Part shown: positions 30,870 through 40,000 of the stretch, piece by piece
Layout of the letters: each line of letters begins with the position of its first letter
Position numbering within the stretch: position 1 is the stretch's first letter
Origin: Candidatus Pelagibacterales bacterium
GTDB taxonomy: Bacteria; Pseudomonadota; Alphaproteobacteria; Pelagibacterales; Pelagibacteraceae
DNA: 40,000 nucleotides
NCBI GenBank assembly: GCA_965244305.1
Contig: OZ251705.1
Coordinates: forward strand, 670,115 to 710,114
Direction: 5' to 3'
Notes under the pieces: generated by a model
The model's input: the letters and a program-made list of their open reading frames with translations, nothing else
Database searches by the model: none
Told to the model about the DNA's origin: nothing
Position numbers and translations under genes: made by a program

Positions 30870-32517
30870 TGATATAGAAATTGCCAAGTCAGCAAAAATT
30901 AAGAAAATTTCTAAAATTGCAAAGAATTTTCTTAATATACCGGAAAATCAAATTCAATCATTTGGTCATTTCAAAGCTAAAGTTTCATTATCATTCTTAG
31001 AAAAATTAAAAGAAAAAAAAAATAGTAAACTAATTTTGGTTACAGCCATTAGCCCCACTCCTGCCGGAGAAGGAAAAACTACTACAACTGTAGGACTAGG
31101 GGACGCTTTAAATCGAATTGGAAAGAAAACGATTATCTGTTTACGTGAGCCTTCATTAGGACCTGTTTTTGGCATAAAAGGTGGAGCTGCGGGTGGCGGA
31201 TATGCCCAAATAATTCCCATGGAAGATATAAATCTTCATTTCACTGGAGATTTTTCAGCTATTGCTCTTGCTCACAATTTATTGTCAGCGATGCTTGATA
31301 ATCACATTTATCATGGAAATTCTCTGGAAATAGATTTTTCCACTATTCAATGGAAAAGAGTTGTTGATATGAATGATCGTTCGTTAAGAAAAATTACTGT
31401 CGGCTTAAAAGAAGTAAAAAAAGGTTTTCCCTATGATAACGGTTTCGAAATTGTAGCTGCATCTGAAGTGATGGCAATTCTTTGTTTGTCATCTTCAATA
31501 CATGATTTAAAAAAACGTCTTGGTCAAATTATAGTAGCTTACAATAATCATGGAGATCCAGTTACAGCTAAAGATCTAAAGGCACATGGAGCTATGACAG
31601 TTTTATTAAAAGATGCCATTTCTCCAAATTTGGTTCAAACTTTAGAGAACAATCCTTCTTTTGTTCATGGCGGACCATTTGCAAATATTGCCCATGGTTG
31701 CAATTCAGTAGTAGCAACTAAAGCAGCATTAAAACTTGCAGATTACGTGGTTACTGAGGCAGGCTTTGGTTCGGACCTTGGTGCAGAAAAATTTATTAAT
31801 ATAAAATGTCGTAAATCAGGTTTGAGACCATCAGCTGTAGTAGTCGTGGCTACAGTTCGAGCAATCAAATATCATGGAGGCGCAGAATTAGAAAGCTTAA
31901 CAAAGGAAGATTGTCTAGCAATTAAAAGAGGTTTGCCAAATTTAGAACGTCATGTAAGTAATATTGTTAAAATTTACAATTTACCTTGCGTTGTAGTAAT
32001 TAATAAATTTTCTAATGACACAAACAATGAAATCAAATTGATAATTGATAAGGTAAAGGAATTGAAGGTCAATGTAGTTCTGTCTAATCATTGGGCAAAA
32101 GGTGGAAAAGGAGCGATAGACTTGGCTAACGAAGTCATTAAAATATGTAAAAACAAAAAAAAAAGAATGAAATTTGTTTATAATGTTAATGATAGTATAT
32201 TGGAAAAAATTAATAAAATTGCAAAAAAAATTTATCATGCCAAAGAAGTTATAGCTGAAAAAAAGATAATTGATGAAATTACCAATCTTCAAAAAGCTGG
32301 GTTCGGTCATTACCCGGTATGTATCGCAAAGACACAGTCTTCTTTTTCTACTGACCCCAAATTAAGAGGAGCACCAATAAATCACTCCATATCAATACGT
32401 GAAATAAGATTAGCTGCAGGCGCCGAGTTTATTGTTGTTATATGCGGAAATATTATGACCTTACCGGGTTTGCCAAAAAAACCGGCTGCTGAAAAAATTG
32501 ATTATTACAAAAGATGA
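30862..32517 (+). CDS. fhs: Formate-tetrahydrofolate ligase (the C-terminal 6-7 residues as written look frameshifted; likely true end 32536)
   Basis: 551-aa ORF with the P-loop [15 protein letters not shown]. As written it ends ..[10 protein letters not shown]. Frame 2 from 32504 reads [10 protein letters not shown], and ..GLF is the usual FTHFS terminus, which implies one extra T around 32501-32503. Confidence 0.93.
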   Translation: MPSDIEIAKSAKIKKISKIAKNFLNIPENQIQSFGHFKAKVSLSFLEKLKEKKNSKLILVTAISPTPAGEGKTTTTVGLGDALNRIGKKTIICLREPSLGPVFGIKGGAAGGGYAQIIPMEDINLHFTGDFSAIALAHNLLSAMLDNHIYHGNSLEIDFSTIQWKRVVDMNDRSLRKITVGLKEVKKGFPYDNGFEIVAASEVMAILCLSSSIHDLKKRLGQIIVAYNNHGDPVTAKDLKAHGAMTVLLKDAISPNLVQTLENNPSFVHGGPFANIAHGCNSVVATKAALKLADYVVTEAGFGSDLGAEKFINIKCRKSGLRPSAVVVVATVRAIKYHGGAELESLTKEDCLAIKRGLPNLERHVSNIVKIYNLPCVVVINKFSNDTNNEIKLIIDKVKELKVNVVLSNHWAKGGKGAIDLANEVIKICKNKKKRMKFVYNVNDSILEKINKIAKKIYHAKEVIAEKKIIDEITNLQKAGFGHYPVCIAKTQSSFSTDPKLRGAPINHSISIREIRLAAGAEFIVVICGNIMTLPGLPKKPAAEKIDYYKR

Positions 32518-32604
32518 AATTGTGGGACTATTTTAAATAATTTTTTTATAAGTCTTTTTTTGCAACATTAAAATAAATAAGATATATCGAAGATAATTTA
32601 TTAT

Positions 32605-32696
32605 GGTCAGGTGGGTGAGAGGCTGAAACCAGTCGTTTGCTAAATGACCCTACGAGTAAAATCGTAGCGAGGGTTCGAATCCCTCCCTGACCGCCA
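32605..32696 (+). tRNA. tRNA-Ser (anticodon GCU), long variable arm, CCA encoded
   Basis: Acceptor GGTCAGG/CCTGACC. Anticodon arm GTCGT-TTGCTAA-ATGAC. Variable arm CCTACGAGTAAAATCGTAGC. T arm GAGGG-TTCGAAT-CCCTC. Ends GCCA. Confidence 0.92.
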
Positions 32697-32702
32697 TGAT
32701 TT

Positions 32703-33441
32703 ATGATTAAAAAAGATTTTGCTATTTTGGAAATTCTAAAATTATCTTTTCAATTTATATCGACTGATTTAACAGCAAGAATTAAAGATGGTTTTCCAAT
32801 TGTAATACTTATTACAGTCGCATTTAATGGTTTAAATTTTTTAATGTCCAACTCTCTAGCGAGTAATTTTACAATAATATTATTTGTTTTATTTTCTATT
32901 TTATTAACTAGTTGTATTGGCATAAGTGTACATAAAGAAATAATAACAAATTTTAGACAAACTTTTTTATCTCATTTCTTATCATTAATAAATTTAAAAT
33001 ATTTCTTCAATATTACGCTTGATATCATTAATTGCAATATCCCCAATTCTTATTCATTTTTTTTTTAAATTTTTTAATAAAATAAATTTTTTTGGTTTTA
33101 ATATTTCTTATTTATTTTTTTTATGGATACTTAGTTGTGTATTTGCTTTAAAATTAATTTTTATTTTACCCAAAGTTGCTCTCAATAAAAATTTTTCTTA
33201 TTCAATTCAAGAGTTAAATAATTTTGGTTTTAAATTATTTTTAATATTTATAATTATAACAATTATTTTTTTTATACCTTCGGTATTTGTACTGTCTTTT
33301 CAAGTATCTATACTAAATAGTAATTCTCAATTGTATCTAGTTATTAAACCAATGTTTGATTTCATTTCTTTTTATATCTCTTATTTAAATTATTTAGTTA
33401 TTTTTGCAGCAATCTCTTATGTTTATAAAAAAACTAATTAA
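32703..33441 (+). pseudogene. Hypothetical polytopic membrane protein; two ORFs (32703..33068, 33019..33441) probably form one gene split by a +1 shift
   Basis: Both ORFs are F/I/L/N-rich with several predicted TM stretches. Frame 1 opens at 32998 and frame 3 closes at 33068, so a single extra base in 32998-33068 would fuse them (~245 aa). That interval contains a T10 run. I recognise no family motif. The gene is bracketed by two tRNA-Ser genes. Confidence 0.4.
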
Positions 33442-33452
33442 ATTATTTTAAA

Positions 33453-33542
33453 TGGCGGAGAGGGTGGGATTTGAACCCACGAGTGAGTTGCCCCACTGCT
33501 GGTTTTCAAGACCAGTGCTTTCAACCGCTCAGCCACCTCTCC
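33453..33542 (-). tRNA. tRNA-Ser (anticodon UGA), long variable arm, CCA encoded
   Basis: The reverse complement folds as GGAGAGG-TG-GCTG-AGCGGTTGAA-AGC..CTGGT-CTTGAAA-ACCAG-variable arm-GTGGG-TTCAAAT-CCCAC-CCTCTCC-GCCA. Confidence 0.93.
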
Positions 33543-33652
33543 AGATTGATGGGTTATAAGCATTATCTCGACTTTCAGCAATATTTATAAGTAAAATTAT
33601 CTAAATATCTTAGCATTTTACAATATTGCTCATATGACTTAAATTTTAATTT

Positions 33653-34642
33653 ATGTTATCAAAAAATATGCTTCGTTATTTAAAAATTATATATTTCTTC
33701 GCTATATTAGCATTTACTACAAATGTTTTTGCCAATAGCCCTGAGTTTGATGATTGGGTAAAAAATTTTAAAAAAAAAGCATTAACGCAAGGAATTAGCA
33801 AAACCACCGTTGAAAAAGCTTTTCAAAGAGTTGTTTTTTTAGAAAAATTGCTAATTTACGATAAGAGACAGCCAGAATTTATTGAAAAAACGGATGTGTA
33901 TGTTAGCAAAAGAGTCAGTAGTTTGCGAATTGCTACTGCAAAAAAACTTCTGATTGAAAAAAAAAACTTATTAGAAAAAGTTGAAAAAGAATTTGGAGTT
34001 CCCAAAGAAATTTTATTATCTCTATGGGGTATAGAAACCAATTTTGGTGTTCACAAAGGTAAAGTCGATATTATTTCTGCACTGGCAACCTTGTCCTTCG
34101 ATAAGAGAAGATCTGCTTATTTTACAAATGAACTAATTATTTTGTTAAGGCTGATTGATAAAAATATCATTGATATGAATAGTATGTATGGATCGTGGGC
34201 AGGTGCTCACGGAAATTTTCAATTCATGCCATCTTCAATTAACAATTACGCAATTGATTATGATAATGATGGCAAAATAGACTTGGTAAATTCTCTAGAG
34301 GATTCTTTTGCCTCTGCTGCAAATTATTTAAGCTCCATAGGATGGAATAAAAACATACCTTGGGGTTCAGAAGCTTTTCAGGAAAAAAAAATAAATAAAA
34401 ATTTATTTACTACTGATGCTAGAAAGTTACAAAAAGAAATGTCCTATAAGAATTGGGCACACCTTGGTATTAAAAGCAAACAAAATTTACCCTTAAAGAA
34501 TAATTTTAGACTTATTAGGCCTGATGGTGATGATGGGCCAATATACTTAGTAAGTATGAATTATGAGAGATTATTAAATTGGAATAGGTCGTTAAGATTT
34601 GCAATCTCAATTGGTTTGTTCTCTGATATCTTAAAAATGTAA
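33653..34642 (+). CDS. mltB: Lytic murein transglycosylase (MltB/SLT_2 family)
   Basis: Intact 329-aa ORF with a signal peptide, SLWGIETNFG (catalytic Glu context) and AGAHGNFQFMPSS. Confidence 0.85.
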   Translation: MLSKNMLRYLKIIYFFAILAFTTNVFANSPEFDDWVKNFKKKALTQGISKTTVEKAFQRVVFLEKLLIYDKRQPEFIEKTDVYVSKRVSSLRIATAKKLLIEKKNLLEKVEKEFGVPKEILLSLWGIETNFGVHKGKVDIISALATLSFDKRRSAYFTNELIILLRLIDKNIIDMNSMYGSWAGAHGNFQFMPSSINNYAIDYDNDGKIDLVNSLEDSFASAANYLSSIGWNKNIPWGSEAFQEKKINKNLFTTDARKLQKEMSYKNWAHLGIKSKQNLPLKNNFRLIRPDGDDGPIYLVSMNYERLLNWNRSLRFAISIGLFSDILKM

Positions 34643-35348
34643 TGTTTAAAAAAATTTTAATTATTTTCTTATCGATCGTTAGCTTTTTCATGCACAAGTG
34701 TTGAGAAGCATCGAAAGCTCCACTAACGAAACCTATGAAAAAATTGGATTTCTGGGTGACTTAATTGGATTTAAAAATATCTGATAGCAAAATAAATGTA
34801 ATTGTGGATAAGCAGTTTCCAGGTAATACAATTAAAATTACTAATTTAATTAACAACAAAACAGAAACAATTTCTAATATCCAAAAGAAAGAACTTGATG
34901 GTTCGCGAATTGTTTATGTATCTGACTCAATCAAAACTAGCCTTGATGTAAATAATGAATTTCCTTACATAAAAATAGAAAATTCCAAACTGAACCCAAC
35001 TTTTGTAGCCAATAAGGCTAAAATTTTTAAAGAGGAACAAAAAGTTCCAAACACATCGAGAGTGAGTAATGTAGAAGTTGTTTCTTTAAGCAAAAAATCT
35101 AAAATCGAAAGTAGTAAAATAAAAAATAAAATTTACCTTCAGTATGGATCTTTCTATTACAGCGATTATGCTAATGAATTAAACAAAAATTTAAAAAAAT
35201 TTCTAATTTCTACTAATATTTCTATGTACGGTTCTAAAAAGAAAGGTTATTACGTCACAATAGGGCCCATTTTAAATATTAAGAAATTTGATGAAATATT
35301 TAAATTATTAAAAAACAATGATTATGAAGGTTATGAAATTATAGTTCA

Positions 35349-35352
<4 letters not shown>
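34642..35352 (+). pseudogene. rlpA: RlpA-like lipoprotein (divergent DPBB segment + C-terminal SPOR domain); the N-terminal signal region is cut off from the body by stops
   Basis: ORF 34765..35352 contains FPGNTIKITNLINNKTETISNIQKKELDGSRIVYVSDSIKTSL, which compares with the RlpA DPBB pattern LP..T.V.VTNL.NG.S..V.V.DRGP...GRIIDLS..AA..L. Its SPOR-like C-terminus is KIYLQYGSFYYSDYANELNKNLKK..GYYVTIGPILNIKKFDEIFKLLK. ATG 34642 (TAATG with the mltB stop) encodes signal-like MFKKILIIFLSIVSFF in the same frame. TGA 34702 and TAA 34762 intervene. Reading frames 1>2>3>1 gives ..SFFSCTSVEKHRK / SSTNETYEKIGFLGDLIGFK / ISDSKINV. Confidence 0.6.
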
Positions 35353-37108
<1,756 letters not shown>

Positions 37109-37112
<4 letters not shown>

Positions 37113-37408
37113 ATAAAATTGACAATATCACCAGACAAAATATTTATGATTTAGTTTACACAGAACTGGGATTGTCAAAAAATCATTGTTCTAATTTTGT
37201 TGATGACATCTTTTCTACTATTATTTCTGGATTACAAAATGAAAAAAAGGTTAAAATTTCTTTGTTTGGAACTTTTGTTAATAAAGAAAAAAAAAGTAGA
37301 ATTGGTAGAAATCCTAAAACTAAAGAAGAAAAAATTATTTCCTCTAGAAATGTGGTCACTTTTAAGCCTTCAAAATTTTTATTAAAGAAAATAAATAAAT
37401 TTTCTTAA
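37109..37408 (+). CDS. ihfA: Integration host factor subunit alpha (HU/IHF family)
   Basis: Intact 99-aa ORF. ITRQNIYDLVYTELGLSKNHCSNFVDDIFSTIISGLQNEKKVKISLFGTFVNKEKKSRIGRNPKTKEEKIISSRNVVTFKPSKFLKK matches the IHF-alpha pattern (..GRNPKTGE...I..RRV..FK.S..LK). Confidence 0.85.
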
Positions 37409-37768
37409 TGCTAAATAAATCGAGTCGAAGCTTTTAAAACAATTGGAGAATTAGCAAAAGAGTTAGATCTTATTGATAAAACAACAGGAAAGGCCAAAAC
37501 TCATGTTATTAGGTTCTGGGAAAAAAATTTTAATATATTAAAACCAAGTATTGTCATAAAAAAACATAGGTATTACAGTGATACCGACATACAAATTTTT
37601 AAAAGGGTAAAATATCTGCTTAAAGACAAAGGCATGACCATAAAGGGTGCTAATAATTTATTAAATAAAGAATATTCTGTTGACTATAAAAATTTGAATA
37701 ATATAAGTGCGAACAACAAATTAATTAAGTTAAAAAAAATAATTAAAGATATTAAAAAAATATTATAA
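37408..37768 (+). pseudogene. MerR-family transcriptional regulator, one +1 frameshift after codon 6 (not in the ORF track)
   Basis: ATG 37408 (TAATG with the ihfA stop) gives MLNKSS. Deleting c37426 continues as EAFKTIGELAKELDLIDKTTGKAKTHVIRFWEKNFNILKPSIVIKKHRYYSDTDIQIFKRVKYLLKDKGMTIKGANNLL.., a MerR-type HTH (..IGE.A..L....H.[IL]RFWE..F). TAA 37766-37768 overlaps the rpmG ATG. From memory, ihfA followed by merR is a conserved alphaproteobacterial pair. Confidence 0.75.
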
Positions 37769-37959
37769 TGGCAAAAAAATCTACAGTTAAGGTAAGATTA
37801 GTTCCTGAGGATAAACCTAATAGCTCTTTCAATTATTATGTTAAAAAACCTACTGCTGGCGACAAGGCTAAAGACAAGCTAAAGATGAAAAAGTATAATC
37901 CAGCAACTAGAAAGCATGAGTGGTTTGTTGAAAAAAAACTTCCACCACACAGTAAATAG
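37768..37959 (+). CDS. rpmG: 50S ribosomal protein L33
   Basis: 63-aa ORF beginning MAKKSTVKVRLV, with KYNPATRKHEWFVEKKL matching the L33 core (KYDP..RKH..F.E.K). No Cys zinc-ribbon residues. It is somewhat longer than the usual ~55 aa. Confidence 0.85.
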   Translation: MAKKSTVKVRLVPEDKPNSSFNYYVKKPTAGDKAKDKLKMKKYNPATRKHEWFVEKKLPPHSK

Positions 37960-38259
37960 TTAAATTTTCTTTTTTTCTAAAGCTATAAAAGACTTAATCA
38001 TTGAACCCCAGATATTTTTAATTATGAATGGTTCGATTTTATACTTTTTTCCTTTTTTTGTTAAAATTCTAATTATTTGATAAATTCTTTTTTTGTCAAC
38101 AATCTCACTTCTGGTTTTGTATTTTGTTATCTTTAAAACTTCTTTTCTCCTTAAACTTAAATACTTAAGTATTTGTGTATCAATTTTATCAATATTGTTC
38201 CTGATATTTTGAATATTTTTGTTTTTGTTTTGAAGTGACAATTTAGCTTTTTTATTCAT
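37960..38259 (-). CDS. Chorismate mutase (AroQ class, type II)
   Basis: IQNIRNNIDKIDTQILKYLSLRRKEVLKITKYK..DKKRIYQIIRILTKKGKKYKIEPFIIKNIWGSMIKSFIALE fits the AroQ helical pattern (R..ID.ID..[IL]L.LL..R......I...K ... I[WF]..[MI]I..S...[EQ]). I prefer ATG at 38259 (MNKKAKLSL) over the ORF-track start at 38301. The stop abuts the rpmG stop. Confidence 0.75.
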   Translation of the reverse strand: MNKKAKLSLQNKNKNIQNIRNNIDKIDTQILKYLSLRRKEVLKITKYKTRSEIVDKKRIYQIIRILTKKGKKYKIEPFIIKNIWGSMIKSFIALEKKKI

Positions 38260-38283
38260 GTGTATAAAATTATATAAAATATC

Positions 38284-39294
38284 ATGAGCAACATTCAACA
38301 AAATAAAGCTTTAATATTTTGGCATTACTCAGTTCTATTTTTGCTTATTTTACTTGTTTCTGTTGGTGGTTTTACCAGATTAACAAATTCTGGTCTTTCA
38401 ATTACTAATTGGGATGTATTTAAAGGCATTTTGCCACCATTGAACAATTCAAAATGGGAAGAATACTTTTCATTATATAAATCAATACCACAATATAAGG
38501 TGTTAAATTACGGAATGTCATTGGCTGAATTTAAATATATTTTTTGGTGGGAATATATACATAGATTGTTGGCGAGATTTGTTAGTTTGGTTTATTTTTT
38601 ACCACTTCTTTATTTTATTTTAAAAAAAAATATAATTAAACAAAATATAATTTATTATTTATTTATTTTTCTTCTTTTTTTATTTCAAGGTTTTCTTGGA
38701 TGGTTTATGGTTAAAAGTGGCTTGTCGGTAAATACAGATGTAAGTCATTTTAGATTAGCTGCTCATTTATTGATGGCCATAGTAATTATTTCATTAATAT
38801 ATTGGTCAACTATTAATTTAAATAATCAAGATTTAAGCATTAGCATTTCCAAAACTTCTATTTTATTTTTAATTTTTTTATTTTTAGTTTATTTTCAAAT
38901 TATATTTGGAGCATTTACATCGGGTCTTGATGCGGGATTAATTTATCAAACCTGGCCATATATGAATAATTCATTTATTCCTAATTATATTACTACTAAT
39001 ACTTTTTTTTCAAGTTTGGCTTTTTATGATCAATCACATGTTCAATTAATTCATCGTTTAAACGCATATATAATTTTTGTATTATTTATTTTTATTTACT
39101 TTTTTAATTTAAAGAGAAAAAATCAATATATTTATAATTTAAATATTGTTTTCCTGTTTTTAGTAATTCAGATAGTCTTAGGAATATTTACCCTTATTTC
39201 AGGATTAAACATTTATGTTGCTGCACTACATCAATTGACTTCAATACTTCTAGTAATGTCAATTTTATCCTTGATTTACAGGGTTAAATTGTAA
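38284..39294 (+). CDS. ctaA: Heme A synthase (COX15/CtaA)
   Basis: Intact 336-aa, ~8-TM ORF with VSVGGFTRLTNSGLSITNW, FWWEYIHRLLARF and HRLNAY / ALHQL histidine-bearing helices typical of COX15. Confidence 0.88.
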   Translation: MSNIQQNKALIFWHYSVLFLLILLVSVGGFTRLTNSGLSITNWDVFKGILPPLNNSKWEEYFSLYKSIPQYKVLNYGMSLAEFKYIFWWEYIHRLLARFVSLVYFLPLLYFILKKNIIKQNIIYYLFIFLLFLFQGFLGWFMVKSGLSVNTDVSHFRLAAHLLMAIVIISLIYWSTINLNNQDLSISISKTSILFLIFLFLVYFQIIFGAFTSGLDAGLIYQTWPYMNNSFIPNYITTNTFFSSLAFYDQSHVQLIHRLNAYIIFVLFIFIYFFNLKRKNQYIYNLNIVFLFLVIQIVLGIFTLISGLNIYVAALHQLTSILLVMSILSLIYRVKL

Positions 39295-39303
39295 TTTCAG
39301 ATG

Positions 39304-39332
39304 TTGACTTTTAACTTAGCAAACAGTAATTA
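39304..39332 (+). promoter_or_regulatory. Candidate sigma-70 promoter of rplM-rpsI
   Basis: TTGACT (39304-39309), a 17-nt spacer, then TAATTA (39327-39332). The -10 element ends only 11 nt before the rplM ATG, which implies a very short leader. A chance match in AT-rich DNA cannot be excluded. Confidence 0.3.
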
Positions 39333-39343
39333 CTGCATCTTTC

Positions 39344-39802
39344 ATGACTAATTTTATTAAAAAAAGCGAAATTAAGAATAACTGGATACATATTGACGCT
39401 ACTAATGCAGTAGTGGGAAGACTTGCATCTGAAATTGCTAAAATTTTAAGAGGAAAAAATAAAGCAACTTTTACTCCACATATGGATGATGGAGATTTCG
39501 TGGTAGTAACAAACGTTTCTAAGATTAAATTCACAGGAAACAAATTTAATAACAAAAGATATTATAGACATACAGGACACCCAGGTGGAATTAAAGAAAC
39601 TTCCCCTAAATTACTTATGAACAAAAAACCAGAAGAAATTTTAAAATTAGCTGTTAAGCGTATGTTGCCAGGCGGTCCATTGGCAAAAAAGCAATTAACG
39701 AAGTTAAAAATGTATAAAGAGGAATCACATCCACATACTGCACAAAAGCTTAAAGAGGTAAATTTTGCATCTTTAAACAAAAAGAATACGGTATTAAATT
39801 AA
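39344..39802 (+). CDS. rplM: 50S ribosomal protein L13
   Basis: Intact 152-aa [47 protein letters not shown] and [13 protein letters not shown] are canonical L13 sequences. Confidence 0.95.
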   Translation: MTNFIKKSEIKNNWIHIDATNAVVGRLASEIAKILRGKNKATFTPHMDDGDFVVVTNVSKIKFTGNKFNNKRYYRHTGHPGGIKETSPKLLMNKKPEEILKLAVKRMLPGGPLAKKQLTKLKMYKEESHPHTAQKLKEVNFASLNKKNTVLN

Positions 39803-40000
39803 TGTCTCTAGATATCAAAATAACAAAAGAAGCTCACTATGCCACTGGTAAACGAAAAGACGCTGTAGCTCGTGTTTGGTTATTATCAGGTTCAGGAAAA
39901 ATTTCTGTTAATGGAAAGCTTTATACGGAATATTTTAAAAGACCAGTTCATCAATTAGCTATTGAGAAACCATTAAATATTACAGATAAAAAAAATTTAG
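39802..40000 (+). CDS. rpsI: 30S ribosomal protein S9 (3' end off-window)
   Basis: ATG 39802 (TAATG with the rplM stop) gives [58 protein letters not shown], the S9 N-terminal pattern (GRRK.A.ARV.L..G.G.I.[VI]NG). Standard rplM-rpsI operon. Confidence 0.93.
   Translation, partial: MSLDIKITKEAHYATGKRKDAVARVWLLSGSGKISVNGKLYTEYFKRPVHQLAIEKPLNITDKKNL

Noticed and set aside
32605-33542. The tRNA-flanked interval as an integrated mobile element or genomic islet
   Set aside because: It has no integrase or transposase and no duplicated tRNA 3' segment or direct repeats that I could see. It holds only one small membrane ORF. It stays as a lower-grade finding about an orphan gene, not as a mobile element.

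Overview
This window is a core-genome stretch from a very AT-rich, tightly packed alphaproteobacterium. Gene content, alpha-type synteny (ntrYX-trkAH; erpA-dgt-argS-nagZ-scpAB-tatABC-serS; mltB-rlpA-dac-tmk; ihfA-merR) and near-zero intergenic spacing suggest Pelagibacterales/SAR11 or a close relative. That taxon call is inference, and I did not compute GC. I can support about 45 protein genes, 5 tRNAs (Arg-UCU, Asn-GUU, Cys-GCA, Ser-GCU, Ser-UGA), one clear rho-independent hairpin inside the aapJQMP operon, and two candidate sigma-70 promoters. I found no transposase, integrase, phage gene, CRISPR array, toxin-antitoxin or defence-like cluster, and no convincing novel multi-gene system. This looks like ordinary housekeeping DNA. 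The one striking property is that many conserved genes are interrupted. By manual reading I count about 35 frame changes: ntrY, ntrX, trkH, aapJ/Q/M, cysK, photolyase, valS, ilvD, manC-like, acetoacetyl-CoA synthetase, fhs C-terminus, tmk, merR and others. Almost all are net +1, meaning one extra base, and many lie outside homopolymers. About 26 fall in the first 19.6 kb. Essential single-copy genes (valS, ilvD, tmk) are hit while every conserved motif stays readable, so the most economical explanation is insertion-biased sequence or consensus error rather than gene decay or recoding. This has to be tested against reads. Several genes missing from the supplied ORF track appear once the shifts are read through: a GIY-YIG ORF, the tmk N-terminus, a MerR regulator, the aapJ, ilvD and fhs tails, and an acidic tail after scpB. 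Genes that are frameshifted as written are typed pseudogene, with the full reconstructed span given.
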